From NCBI GenBank assembly GCA_964270895.1, contig OZ185435.1: 64,000 bases of DNA, one strand, 5' to 3'. The DNA is from Podarcis filfolensis. Lineage: Eukaryota. The position numbers and the translations under genes are program-made. Within the stretch, counting starts at the first letter, position 1. Every line of letters begins with the position of its first letter. Shown here one piece after another: positions 12,494-24,830 of the stretch. Under the pieces are notes generated by a model. It had not been told where the DNA came from. It did not search any database and saw only the letters and a list, made by a program, of their open reading frames with translations.

Positions 12494-14270
12494 TGCAAGA
12501 CACTTTTGGCACAGATTTTTTTAAGGCAGGGATCCTAAGATTTGGACCTGGAGCCTTTTGTATGAGCATATTGTACTCTCTCACTGAGCTGTGCTCCGCA
12601 TTGTTAAACGCAAGCACAATTGTCAAACCACACAATCTCCTCGAGCTCATATCCTTCAACAATCGTTCATACTTCTTTTGAGCTGGTGGAATTGCTTATT
12701 AAGCCAGGGTGATTTCAGTGGTGGTTCAGATGGAATATAGCTGAGAAGCATAGGAACTACTTCGCATATTCATTTGACCCATCAGAGTGTGCTCAAGTTG
12801 TTCCTCCTGCTGCTGAAAATCACTGAATCTCTATGCAGATACAGAGCACTCTGCTCACTGAAAACTGTGGACGCTTCTCTGTATGCAACTGCAAAGCAGC
12901 CAGAAGCCTCCTGCCTGATGCAAAGTTCTTTTAATACTCACCCGAGACAAAAGAGCTGCTACTTAGGCACTAAAAGGCAACAGAGAGCCAATGCTAATTC
13001 AAGCAGAAATGCTAGTGAAATTTTATTTGCGACATATACCTACAGCTTGGACAAGAGTTTTGCATCAGCTTCTGAAGCAAGCTCTGTGAAATATGAGTCC
13101 CTTGGAAAGGAAATCAATGTGCAATGGTCCCAGTCTTGCAGGTGCTGGCATGAGTATTCTAGAAATCTAGGCCAGTGGGGCTTTTTTGAAGGGTCGGGTT
13201 GGCAGAGCTCCTTCTGTAGAACCAGCTAATCAGCTGCCTTCTTATGTCAGTGTTAGCCGACTGGCAGAGAGCACTACCAGGGAGCTGTGCCAATTTTGAA
13301 TTGTAGCTTCCTCTTCCCTTCTAAGAGGGGAGCATATGCCAGTGCCTGTAAGCAGGTGCTCCTGGCCCTTAAAAAACACAACAATTGTATCCCACCCTGC
13401 CTTGAAAGGCTATGGAACGTGCCCAGAACAAAACAATTAAATGTTCTGTCCTTTGCTGCGCAAACAATATACATTTTAAACACCTCCCCCAAGAATTCTT
13501 GGAACTGCGAGTTACACCTCACAGTGCTACAATTACCAACCCCTCTAACAAACTACAAGTCCCAGGATTGTTAAGTGTGTGGGTTTGTGTACTTCAAATG
13601 TGTGTTGTATATATGCAGTCCTTTTTAGTACCTGGCTCAAGCTTCCCAAGATGTAACACATGGAAGCCTAGTCACTCTCTGGATGCTCGAATTATGCTTA
13701 TTTCCCTTTAACTATTCTTGTAGTCAGATAGCAGCATCTTGGGCAGCTTGCCTTCTCCCTACACTCCAAAAGGCAGCCGCATTATTCCCCATAAGGAATC
13801 TGAGCTCATGCTCTGTGCACACAGATTCCAGAGCAGACCGAATGATTAATGGGATGTGTCACTTGCAGCCTAGACGTGCTCTGGCGGGGCCATTGGACTC
13901 TTCACTTGTGCTGATTAGGTATTATAAACTGAGAGACCTGGAAAACCAAGCTGGGGAAAGCCTTGTTGTTGTTGTTGCTGCTGCTGCTGCTGCTGCTACA
14001 AGCAACCTGAGGCTTCTTTAAAAAAAAAAGAAGAAGAAGGCAAAGGAACAAAAGTGGAAACTGATTGGCCCTGGGATCAGCTGGGTCCTGAGCTAGCACC
14101 ACTGCCAGCCCTTGGTGGCATTGGGACCAATTGTTACCCTAGCTCCGGGCAGCAATTTGCCCACTCTGTACCTTCCACTCTAACCAGCATGAGACACTGG
14201 GTTGTGGACGCAGTGGTGACTCCAGCATTGTGCCATGCTTCACCACTGCCCAGCCAGGGTTTCAACTGAC

Positions 14271-17184
14271 ATATCTTCACCGATAGGGAGGAATTGATTG
14301 ATGAAGTGGAAGTGCTCAGAAACTTGGTAGGAAGTGATCATTTTTCTCCTGAGTTTCTGGATACAGAGGCAAGGGGAAACTGACTGTAGTCAGACACATG
14401 CTCTGGACTTTAAGAAGGCCACTTTGAAAAGCTGAAGGAGCTATTGGGTGTGATCCTGTGGTCAGAACTACTCAGTGAGAAGGGAGTCCAAGAAGGATGG
14501 GAGTTTCTAAAAGGAGAAACATTGAAGGCCCAAATGCAGACAATTCCCACAAGAAAGAAAAGTGGGAGGCATCTAAGGAAACTGGTGTGGCTGCATAAGG
14601 CAGCCTACTCAACACCTACTCAACACCTACTTTGTCTCTGACTTAACCCAAAAGGAAAGCAATGCCCAACCTGGTGATAACAGAATAAATGATGTAAGGA
14701 GGGGGCTGTAGCCCAAGATAGGAAAAGAGGTAGTAAGGGAGCACTTAGCTACTTTAAATGAATTCAGATCTCCAGGGTCCGAACCCAAAGGGTGCTGACC
14801 GAACCCAAAGGGTGCTCATCAATGGTTCCTCTTCATCCTGGAGAAGAGTGACTAGTGGGGTGCCACAGGGTTCTGTCTTGGGCCCGGTCTTATTCAACAT
14901 CTTTATCAACAACTTGGATGATGGACTCAAGGGCATCCTGATCAAATTTGCAGATGACACCAAACTGGGAGGGGTGGCTAACACCCCAGAGGACAGGATC
15001 ACACTTCAAAATGACCTTGACAGATTAGAGAGCTGGGCCAAAACAAACAAGATGAATTTTAACAGGGAGAAATGTAAAGTATTGCACTTGGGCAAAAAAA
15101 ATGAGAGGCACAAATACAAGATGGGTGACACCTGGCTTGAGAGCAGTACATGTGAAAAGGATCTAGGAGTCTTGGTTGACCACAAACTTGACATGAGCCA
15201 ACAGTGTGACGCGGCAGCTAAAAAAGCCAATGCAATTCTGGGCTGCATCAATAGGAGTATAGCATCTAGATCAAGGGAAGTAATAGTGTGACTGTATTCT
15301 GCTCTGGTCAGATCTCACCTGGAGTACTGTGTCCAGTTCTGGGCACCACAGTTCAAGAAGGACACTGACAAACTGGAACGTGTCCAGAGGAGGGCAACCA
15401 AAATGGTCAAAGGCCTGGAAACGATGCCTTATGAGGAACGGCTAAGGGAGCTGGGCATGTTTAGCCTGGAGAAGAGGAAGTTAAGGGGTGATATGATAGC
15501 CATGTTCAAATATATAAAAGGATGTCACATAGAGGAGGGAGAAAGGTTGTTTTCTGCTGCTCCAGAGAAGCGGACACGGAGCAATGGATCCAAACTACAA
15601 GAAAGAAGATTCCACCTAAACATTAGGAAGAACTTCCTGACAGTAAGAGCTGTTCGACAGTGGAATTTGCTGCCAAGGAGTGTGGTGGAGTCTCCTTCTT
15701 TGGAGGTCTTTAAGCAGAGGCTTGACAACCATATGTCAGGAGTGCTCTGATGGTGTTTCCTGCTTGGCAGGGGGTTGGACTCGATGGCCCTTGTGGTCTC
15801 TTCCAACTCTATGATTCTGTGATTCTATGAGGGTCTGATGAGCTGCATCCAAGGGTACTAAAGGAGCTTGTGAATGTAATTTCAGAGCCTTTGTCTATTA
15901 TCTTTGAGAATTCTTGGAGAACAGGTGAGGTCCCTACAGGCTGAAGGCAAGCAAATGTCCCCATCTTCAAAAAGCGGGAAAAGGAAGACCCGGGTAACTA
16001 CCGATCAGTGAGCTTGACATCGATACTAGGGAAGGTCTTAGAACAGATAATTCAACAGTCAGTCTGTGAACATTCAGAGAAGGATGCTGTGATTACTAAG
16101 ACCCAGCATGGGTTTCTCAAAAAATGCATTGTGCCAGACCAATCTGATTTCTTTTCTCTTTTTTATGGAATTACAAACTTGGTGGATCAAGGAAATGCTT
16201 TGGACATAGTGTATCTTGATTTCAGTAGGGCTTTTGACAAAGTCCCCCATGATATTCTTACAAGGAAGCTGGAAAAATGTGGGTTGAGTGAGGTAACTGT
16301 TAGGTGGATTTGTAGCTCGTTGACTGACCAAACTCAAAGAGTACAGTGGTACCTTGGGTTAAGAACTTAATTTGTTCAGGAGGTCCATCCTTAACCTGAA
16401 ACTGTTCTTAACCTGAGGTACCACTTTAACTAATGGGGCCTCCTGCACCGCTTAGGCAGGAAGAACCAGATGCACAAATATAGGATGGAGGATACCTGGC
16501 TTACTAGCAGTTCATGTATAAAGGATCTAGGAGTCTTGGTGGACCGTAAGCTTAACATGAGTCAACAATGTGATGCAGCAGCAAAAAAAGCTAATGCTAT
16601 TCTAGGCTGCATCAACAGAAGTAGAGTGTCTAGATCAAGGGATGTAATAGTACCACTCTGTTCTGCCTTAGTCAGACCACACTTGGAATACTGTGTCCAA
16701 TTCTGGGCACCACAATTTAAGAAGGATGTTGACAAGGTGGAACGTGTGCAGAGGAGGGCAACCAAGATGATCAAAGGTCTGGAAACTAAGCCTTATGAGG
16801 AGTGCTTGAAGGAGCTGGGTATGTTTAGCCTGGAAAAGAGGAGACTGGGAGAACATATGATAGCCATCTTCAAATACCTTAAGGCTGTCACTTGGAGGAG
16901 GGAGCACGCTTGTTTTCTCCTGCTCTGGAGGGCAGGATTCAAACCAATGGCTTCAAGTTGCAAGAAAGGAGATTATGACTGAACATTCGGAAAAACCTTC
17001 TGACAGTAAGAGCTGTTTAGCAGTGGAACAGACTCCCACGAGAGGTGGTGGACTCTCCTTTCTTGGAGGTTTTTAAACGGAGGTTGGATGGTCATCTGTC
17101 ATGGATGCTTTAGCTGAGATTCCTGCATTGCAGGAGGTTGGACTAGATGACCCTTGCGGTCCCTTCCAACTCTAAGATTCTATG
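14271..17184 (+). mobile_element. Older, degraded CR1 LINE interrupted by a younger CR1 (about 14784-15829) and a Tc1/mariner MITE fragment (about 16343-16447)
   Basis: CR1 ORF2 remnants ([43 protein letters not shown]). 3' end ...ccttccaactctaagattctatg. The host sequence resumes at 15830 with a near-TSD agggtcYga. Confidence 0.85.
14784..15829 (+). mobile_element. Young 5'-truncated CR1 LINE
   Basis: RT motifs GVPQGSVLGPVLFNIFIN and KFADD. Terminal (GATTCTAT)n-type tail. The 3' 530 bp are near-identical to 38490-39020 and overlap 59040-59280. Confidence 0.93.
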
Positions 17185-17829
17185 GTTACAAGGCAATCTG
17201 TTCAAATCAAGGCATTCTCTTCTCATCTCCCTTTCACATGGCTCTTCTGTTGTTCTCCTTCAGAAGAAACAAAATGGCTCAGCAGTTGTTATCTCGCCAA
17301 CATTTTGGCACTTTGAACACAGATGCAAAAAAAGAAAAAGAAAAAGGATTCATTCAGCTCTCTGCATTTAGCTGTGAATCTTGGTTAAGAACTGTCTGGG
17401 TTTAAATAAAACATCTTCTCTGGGATTAGCTTGCCCCCTCATCACTTGCTTCAGTTAAGTGAAATCCAATGAAAGAGGAACCCAACTGAGAGTTCATTGC
17501 CCAGCACCAGGTGTACTCAATACAGCTACTTCTTCGCCATCAGTGTAAAGCCTTCTGGTACTAATGATCCAGGGAGGCTTTAGTTGCAAGGTGAAAGCAC
17601 TCTGTTTACCTCTATATTGGTACCTCTGTCTAACCTTTGTCTAATTTTCTATCCTATGAAGGTGCTGGAATGAGTTACAAAAAAAGTTCACTTACACACA
17701 GAGAGGAGAATTTTTATTTGCAATTCTCTGCAATCAGCAGCAAAAGAAAATTAGCCCCAGAAACTGTTGGGATAACCAACAAGGAGAAAGACTGACTAAT
17801 CAAGGAAATAGGAAGGATTTCCCTTAGTC

Positions 17830-17965
17830 CAGGGTTTCCCAAACTTGGGTCTCCAGCTGCTGTTGGAATACAATTCCCATCACCCCTAGTTAGAAGGGCC
17901 AGTGGTCAGGCATGATGGGAATTGTAGTCCAAAAACAGCTGGAGATCCAAGTTTGGGAAACACTG
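17830..17965. mobile_element. hAT-type palindromic MITE (136 bp)
   Basis: TIRs cagggtttcccaaacttgg / ccaagtttgggaaacactg. 8-bp TSD ccttagtc / ccctagtc (7 of 8 match). Confidence 0.85.
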
Positions 17966-18334
17966 CCCTAGTCTAAGAAGCAGCAAAATCAATCTCCCTT
18001 CACCTGAATCTTCATTTAGTGGGAGTTCCTTGGGGCTCATGGGAGTTGTAGTTCAGCAACATCTGGAAGGCCAGAGGTTTCCCACACCTGCCCTAAGACT
18101 TTGATTCATTTTGGGGATGAACAATGAAGTGGTCACTCATCTCTAGAAGAGACAACAGAAATGCACTGATTAATTTATTTGGCAATTCATCTTCAGGAGC
18201 AATTGGTTTTGTCCATTCAAGGAGAATAAGCACAGATCTGTACCTAAATTCAAATACATACATACATACTACCGAGTAAGCAATATTGAATGCAGTGGAA
18301 CTTACTTATGAGTAAACTAGAGAGAGGATTATGC

Positions 18335-18470
18335 TAGGGTTTCCCAAACTTGGGTCTTCTGCTGTTTTTGGGTTACAATTTCCATCATCCCTGATCACTG
18401 GTACTGCTAGCTAGGGATGATGGCAGTTGTAATCCAAAAACAGCAGAAGACCCAAGTTTGGGAAACCCTG
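18335..18470. mobile_element. hAT-type palindromic MITE (136 bp), same family as 17830-17965, opposite orientation
   Basis: Same TIRs. Perfect 8-bp TSD gattatgc (18327-18334, 18471-18478). Confidence 0.9.
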
Positions 18471-19005
18471 GATTATGCAGTTAGTTCTCCCTTGAGGAGA
18501 CCTAACCAGTTGTCCCAGAAAAACCAGTTGCCCCAGAAATGTGTCTGCCCAAAGAAAATGGTCTCCTTTAAGGTCTCCTCTCTCTTTTTCTTTGAAAATG
18601 TCTTGCCTATATTCCATACTACAAGATTTATGGAACCCAAACAATATAGTAGTGTCTTACAGTACAATTTTCCCATTTATTTTCCCAGGAGAAGTAAGAC
18701 TCACTATGTTCAGTGGTGCTTATTCCTGGGTAATTGTGCATAGAATTGTAGCATTAGTATTATTTAATGGTTAACTTGATTGGGTTACTGCAACTCTGAT
18801 CATCCACCTAAAACAGATGGATGATACCTTGTAGCTCAGCCTAGATATTGCTGGACAAAACAATTTAGTTATATGTTCCAGACCATTACTGTATACAGGC
18901 ATACAATTTAAAATGAGAATGCTCAGCCCTTCCTATATTATCCAAAGGGGCAAGACAAAATATTAGTAGGCCTTTATTATATATGTTCTGATACTATAAC
19001 ATACC

Positions 19006-19010
<5 letters not shown>

Positions 19011-19047
<37 letters not shown>
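19011..19047. repeat. (GT)n microsatellite
   Basis: Direct reading; boundaries approximate. Confidence 0.9.
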
Positions 19048-19049
<2 letters not shown>

Positions 19050-19569
19050 ACAAAAGATACACAGGGTATCTTTTGTCAAGCACAAGTTCAAAATGAATAG
19101 CAGTGTTACAGTAACTTGCAGCTGAAACGAAGAGAAAATTGCCCCACCAAAGAAGCTACTGAAACAAAAACAGCACCCATCACCATTAAAAGAATAGCAT
19201 CTGAATCTTAGATGGTGATGATTTTGTCACATTTTTGTACTCAAGAGTCTCAGAGCAGCAGGAGGAAGAAGAATGGATGCAGGTGAAGAAAGAGCTGTGA
19301 GTGGACCCCCTGGGAAACTCTGGACCCCCTGGGAAACTCAACAAACCTGCTGAAACTGGGTGTGGAAGGTGCAGCTGAATGAGGAAGTATCAGCCACCTT
19401 GAGAGTGTAGGGTGATGCCTGCTGTCTCCAGGAATTCTTCTCCTTATAAGACTTTTGTAGGTGAACTGAGAATTTGTTTGGCTTCTGAGTAAGAACCCAG
19501 AGGCTGAGGGAAGGTGTGTCAGAGGGAAAATGAATTGATATTGATTTTGCTATATTAATGTAATATTTT

Positions 19570-19689
19570 TATATGCAGTCGAAATATATAAAAAAAATTG
19601 TCCAGTAGCACCTTAGAGACCAACTAAGTTTGTTCTTGGTATAAGCTTTCGTGTGCATGCACACTTCTTCAGATACAGCTGTGTAATTC
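19570..19689 (-). mobile_element. Short Penelope-like 3'-terminal insert carrying a hammerhead motif
   Basis: Same terminal sequence as follows the GIY-YIG fragment at 59562-60030. 11-bp TSD tgtaatatttt (19559-19569, 19690-19700). Confidence 0.8.
19639..19676 (-). ncRNA. Minimal type I hammerhead ribozyme motif (antisense to NRXN3)
   Basis: Reverse complement reads GUAU-CUGAAGA-A-GUGUG(CAUG)CACAC-GAAA-GC-UU^AUAC. It has the conserved core, a 5-bp stem II, a 4-bp stem I and a palindromic stem III. Confidence 0.75.
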
Positions 19690-20512
19690 TGTAATATTTT
19701 GTTTAAGTTGTCTGTTGTTGCTTCAGTTTTGTTGTACGCTTCCTAGATATATTTTTAATATATTAAGCAGCATAGAAATTACATAATCAATGATCAGTCA
19801 AATAAACTTACACAGTGAAAATAAAATAACAAAGATATTGAACTCAGATTAAAAACCGCAGTAAACAAAAACTTAAAATACTCACCCAACAATAGGTTTA
19901 AAAGGAGCAAATGCTAACCACTGATGAACACAAGAAAGACCACTGACTTACCTATCACCCTAATTAATAACTAATAGAATATGAATCTTCAGGTCCACTG
20001 TAGCAATAGATAATGTAAAATGCCATTCTCTATATTAAGAACACACAAGTCATGTAGCATCAGACCATAGGTTCATCGGGTCTACCATTTTGTTTCCCAC
20101 AGTACCTGGCCTGAGGTCTCTGAGAAGTCCACAAGCAGAGCACAAAGGCAGTAGGCTTCCCTCAGTCTTCTTCATCAGATGGTATTCAGTGATATACTAC
20201 TTCTGAACATGAAGGTTCAAAGCAGCTATAAATGCTAATAGGTGCTGATAAACCTATCACCATTCCCTCTAATACTGAGCACAAGTAGTCCGGGCAGATC
20301 AGTTATGAAGTGAAATGTCCCCATCCAAAACTGGCTTCTGCATACTTTAGGGTCTGCCTGGGTATGCAGAAGTATATTAAATTAAAATAAAAGCAACTTC
20401 TAAACATGAAATGTTGACCGTAGAACCATAGAATGTTGAGGATAATTAGTTGAAAGGAAAAGCAGTTGGCTCGCTTGAGTGCCAAACAGTATATACAGTA
20501 TAGTATCCTGGA

Positions 20513-20871
20513 TTCATGGGACGCGGGTGGCGCTGTGGGTTAAACCACAAAGCCTAGGATTTGCCAATCAGAAGGTCGGCAGTTTGAATCCCTGTGACGG
20601 GGTGAGCTCCCGTTGCTTGGTCCCTGCTCCTGCCAACCTAGCAGTTCGAAAGCACGTCAAAGTGCAAGTAGATAAATAGGTACCGCTCCGGTGGGAAGGT
20701 AAACGGTGTTTCTGTGCACTGCTCTGGCTCGCCAGAAGCGGCTTAGTCATGCTGGCCACATGACCCGGAAGCTGTACGCAGGCTCCCTCGGCCAATAAAG
20801 TGAGATGAGCACTGCAACCCCAGAGTCAGTCACGACTGGACCTAATGGTCAGGGGTCCCTTTACCTTTACC
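20513..20871 (+). mobile_element. Sauria SINE (Squam1/POM-type), full length
   Basis: tRNA-like head (gggacgcgggtggcgctgtggg...ggcagtttgaatccc). (ACCTTT)n-type tail. 9-bp TSD tatcctgga (20504-20512, 20872-20880). Confidence 0.9.
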
Positions 20872-21214
20872 TATCCTGGAGGCAGGGATTAGAATCGAAA
20901 GGATGAATACTATGTTTTGTTTTTTGTTTCCAATCTTTCCTCAGGTAATGTTTAAGTAGGCAGAAAAAAGAAAAGAAACACACACACACCTTATCACTCA
21001 CTAAAAACTTTCCCCAATCTCCTATACAGCAATAAACGTTTGAGGTTCAGGGCTGGTAGCCAGCACCCCCCCATCCCACCCAACAGAGCCTGTTAGTGCC
21101 ATATTTCGCAGTAGGAGAAGTCTTTAGTTGAACTGGAAAGTCAAAAGGTATGTTCCCCCCTTCCTCTCTTTAAATACCCTCCCCTCCACAAGTAATGCAA
21201 AGCTATTGTTCAAG

Positions 21215-21497
21215 TTACAGATAGGTAGCCGTGTTGGTCTGCCATAGTCAAAACAAAAAAAAAAATTTCCTTCCAGTAGCACCTTAAAGACCAACTAAGT
21301 TAGTTCTTGGTATGAGCTTTCGTGTGCATGCACACGAAACTATGGAAGGCACCACATTGAGCCGCATGAAATGGAAGTCCATCAACCTCACCAAGAGGTA
21401 TCTGAAGAAGTGTGCATGCACACGAAAGCTCATACCAAGAACTAACTTAGTTGGTCTTTAAGGTGCTACTGGAAGGAAAACATTTTTTTTGTTTTGA
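21215..21497. mobile_element. Penelope-like fold-back insert with perfect 70-bp inverted arms
   Basis: Arms 21266-21335 and 21410-21479 are exact reverse complements. 12-bp TSD ctattgttcaag (21203-21214, 21498-21509). Confidence 0.85.
21397..21436 (+). ncRNA. Minimal type I hammerhead ribozyme motif (NRXN3 sense strand)
   Basis: GGUAU-CUGAAGA-A-GUGUG(CAUG)CACAC-GAAA-GC-UC^AUACC. 5-bp stem I. Predicted cleavage after C21431. Confidence 0.78.
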
Positions 21498-22056
21498 CTA
21501 TTGTTCAAGGCTGCTTAGCGTCCAGAAAATAGGTGCTCCTGTAATTGAGGAATACACTTCAACATATGGTTGGGAGTCCCCCATAAATTTGTCCCAGGCA
21601 AGACACAGGCAAGCACCTAAAAACCAGACCTCTTTTAATGGAGAAATCCATAATGCATCACACATGATTGTTTCCGGATTTTAAGCACAAAATATATGAA
21701 TCCTCAGAGCACAGTGAAGGGAAGGTCCATGCCGCAAGTGAATAATAAATATAATGTAATGGCCCATGTGTGGTATTGGACTTCTACTATAAAACCCAAG
21801 ACAAACAGGTGTCAGGGATCTGATTGTCTTCAGGCAAAGGGCCAGATAAGACACTTAAAAGCACTGAAAAAAATCATGATGCCCTCTCTCATATGTAACT
21901 GAAAATAATAGTAAAAAAACTGCTGTAAAATGCATTTAAAAAAAGGAGAAAATATAGATTTATTGCAACATATGGCAGGATTTGATTTCCTTTCTTTTCT
22001 TTTTTCTTTTACCTGGGTTAGTGGGTTAGTAGAATATTCTGTTTTAAGTAGGGGTA

Positions 22057-22058
<2 letters not shown>

Positions 22059-22110
<52 letters not shown>
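22059..22110. repeat. (AAT)n microsatellite
   Basis: Direct reading; boundaries approximate. Confidence 0.9.
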
Positions 22111-24685
22111 TGTATTATTTATACTCCATCCATCTGGCTGGATTGCCCCAGTAATAAAAAGAGTACATAAAATTGGAGAAGGGTGTGTAGTTTAAGTTAG
22201 TGTGTAGTAGTGGAGTGTAAGAAAGTCTAGCAAAGTTCTGATTGTTCCCTTGATGTCTACTTCAGTTCCTTTTTTGAAATCTCATTTGGCTCAGCACTAC
22301 ACAGGAGAATGCTGACAGTTACCTAAATGCGATTGCCAATTCGCCACCAGTTTTGGAAACAAGATGCTTAGCTTGGATATTCAAAAACCGGATCTTGAAT
22401 TCTCACATTCAACCTTCCAAAAGCATTATGTAAACACAGTTAATGAGGATTATTGACCCCTTTGAGGCTAATTCATAAGCAATCATAGTTAAACTATTCT
22501 CCTAAAATGATGGAATATAATATAAGTAGATGTTTACTAGTCCATATCAGGTCCTGCCATGCTCCTGATAACATCTTCTGAAGCACACCCAGGTCCAAAT
22601 GCCTTTCTCCAGATGCCCATTGGTTGCTGTCTTTCTAAATACGTATCTGAAAGAGCATCTTTCCAGGACTGCTCCACCCAATCACTAAAGGCTAGGCATC
22701 TTCTTTGAATGCAGGAGGGAACTAGGTTCAATTCCCAGCATCTCCAAGTAGAACTGGGAATGTTCCTTGTCTGAAACCCTGAACAGCTGCTACCGGTCAA
22801 TGTAGACCATACTGAGCTAGATGACCAGCGAACTTGAGTTGCTATAAGGCATTTTTTTTTGGTGCTCTTTTTAAAGAAGAGCTGAGGTTGTCCTACTTGC
22901 TGTCCTGCCGGTAGCTTTTGCTTGTCAGATAGTGACACGGGACAGGGCATTCTTTAGATGATGGGATGCCTCCCAGTTTCTGTTTAGTTGTGACCACTTT
23001 CACTGTTGAAAGTTTTTATTCTTCTAGGCCTTTGAGAATGTAATACCCATCCCATCAACCTTGCTGCTGTTTTATTATGGTTTCTTACGTCATTGCTGTA
23101 TTTGGTATTGTTATAATTATATCTCTGATAGCTGCCCTTGGCTCCCTTTGGAAGGAAGGTTCAGGTATACATCTCTTGAAATAGGAAATAACAATTAAGT
23201 CCTATTACTAGACTGCTGCTTTGGTGACAACAGCTCCATGTCTCTCTTGGCTCCTCCCCATCCTAACTTTCTGTGACTGTTGTGGCAGCCGAGCTGGAGA
23301 GAGGGGCATACGCCTTCCTTGCTGGCACCAGCATATATGAGACCAGAAGGGAAGGAGAGACTCTCTCACTGCCTCCCCCACCTGCAGCAAGGTATGGGGT
23401 AGAGGGAAGGGGAGGTGTCTGTTGCCAAAGCATGACTCAAATCCTTGGTACGTGGAATTTGCTTGTTTCAGCATTTCAGGTATCTGGGAAAGAAAGACCT
23501 TCAGTCTCTGCCACTGCAGCCAGGGAGCCCAGAGTTCTTCTCTGGCTCAGGTAACAATCCAAGCCAGAAAGGAACTATGAGGTCATAATGCTCACCTCAG
23601 GATGGAGGTGAGCATTGCAAGTTGCTGAGATTCACATTCTGAACCATGAAATTACAGGCATTGGTCACACTTCACTGTTAATGGGGTCTTTTATTACATT
23701 TCATATTTTGATTCATATTCTGGCATTTGAGTATTGCAGGAGCCTTTCAGGTAACAGTTGCATATCAAGGTGAGTGCATGTTATTTATTGTATTTATTTG
23801 CAGCAAATCTCTTGCCTTTAACCATGAAGCTTGATAAACAGAATTCCATATTCTTCTGACCGAAGCGAAACCAATTCCCACCAGAAAGTTATCTTTAGAC
23901 AGTGAAGCGTATTTCCCTTCTATTCAAGCATTACAATAGGGAGATTCTCCTCCACCCTACACACACACACTGCACAATTTGATCGTGGAAACCGATCTCC
24001 CAAACATCACTAAAAACCTAATTTGTTTGAATGGGAGCATCAGGGGAGCCTTTTTATTATCAAAAAGCATTTGCTCATTCAGACATTTGGGTAAATAGGA
24101 GTGATATTTGCACAGGATTATGCCAACTTGCATATATATACTTTGTGTATATTGTGGATCTGGATAACTAGGACATTTAGATAAGAGAGGTATGGATAAT
24201 TGATCTTCTGCTCTAATTGCCCATCAGTTTAGCTTAGCATCAGGGCACCATGCAGTGCACAAGCTGCCGTGGGCATTATCATGGAGACAATGGATGGTCA
24301 GCCATTATAAAAATTGTGTCTTCAAACAAGCCAACATCAGAATAGTAAAATCCAGGTTTAGACAGCTTGTTTTTAAATGGACATGAAGCTCAAGGGATTT
24401 GCTCAGGAAAACTTGGGTGTCTTTAAAAGAGGATGGAGAATGAAGCTTTGTTGTTTAAAGCCATAGGATCCCACAATATAGATACAACGCACGAACAATC
24501 ATTTTGACATAGTTATCACAAGAAAACAGAAAAATAAAACTCCTTCCCCTGACACATACAAGGTAAATCACACATTGCTCCTCCATAATAAGTTAAAAAG
24601 GCATTAAAGCAAAACAGAAGCGCATCCTGCCCACTCAGGTTTTTTTTGGAACCTAGTTCTTATTTTCTTAGCTCCCAAAGCAAGT

Positions 24686-24721
<36 letters not shown>

Positions 24722-24830
24722 AACAACAATAATAATTTATTATTTCTGCCCCACCCATATGGCTGGGTTTCCCCAGCCACTCTGGGCAGCTTCCAACAGA
24801 AGCTTAAAAATACATTAAAACATCAGTTTA
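24686..24830 (-). mobile_element. L2-type LINE 3' end with (AAC)n/(AAT)n tail
   Basis: ccccacccatatggctgggtttccccagccactctgggcagcttccaac resembles the L2 3' ends at about 37100 and 45600. Confidence 0.6.

Noticed and set aside
15525-15806. Identical 'MEETTRAIESNPLP...' ORF occurring three times (also 38512-38793, 59033-59251) as a multicopy gene
   Set aside because: It is the antisense frame of the young CR1 3' end. The identity reflects recent retrotransposition.
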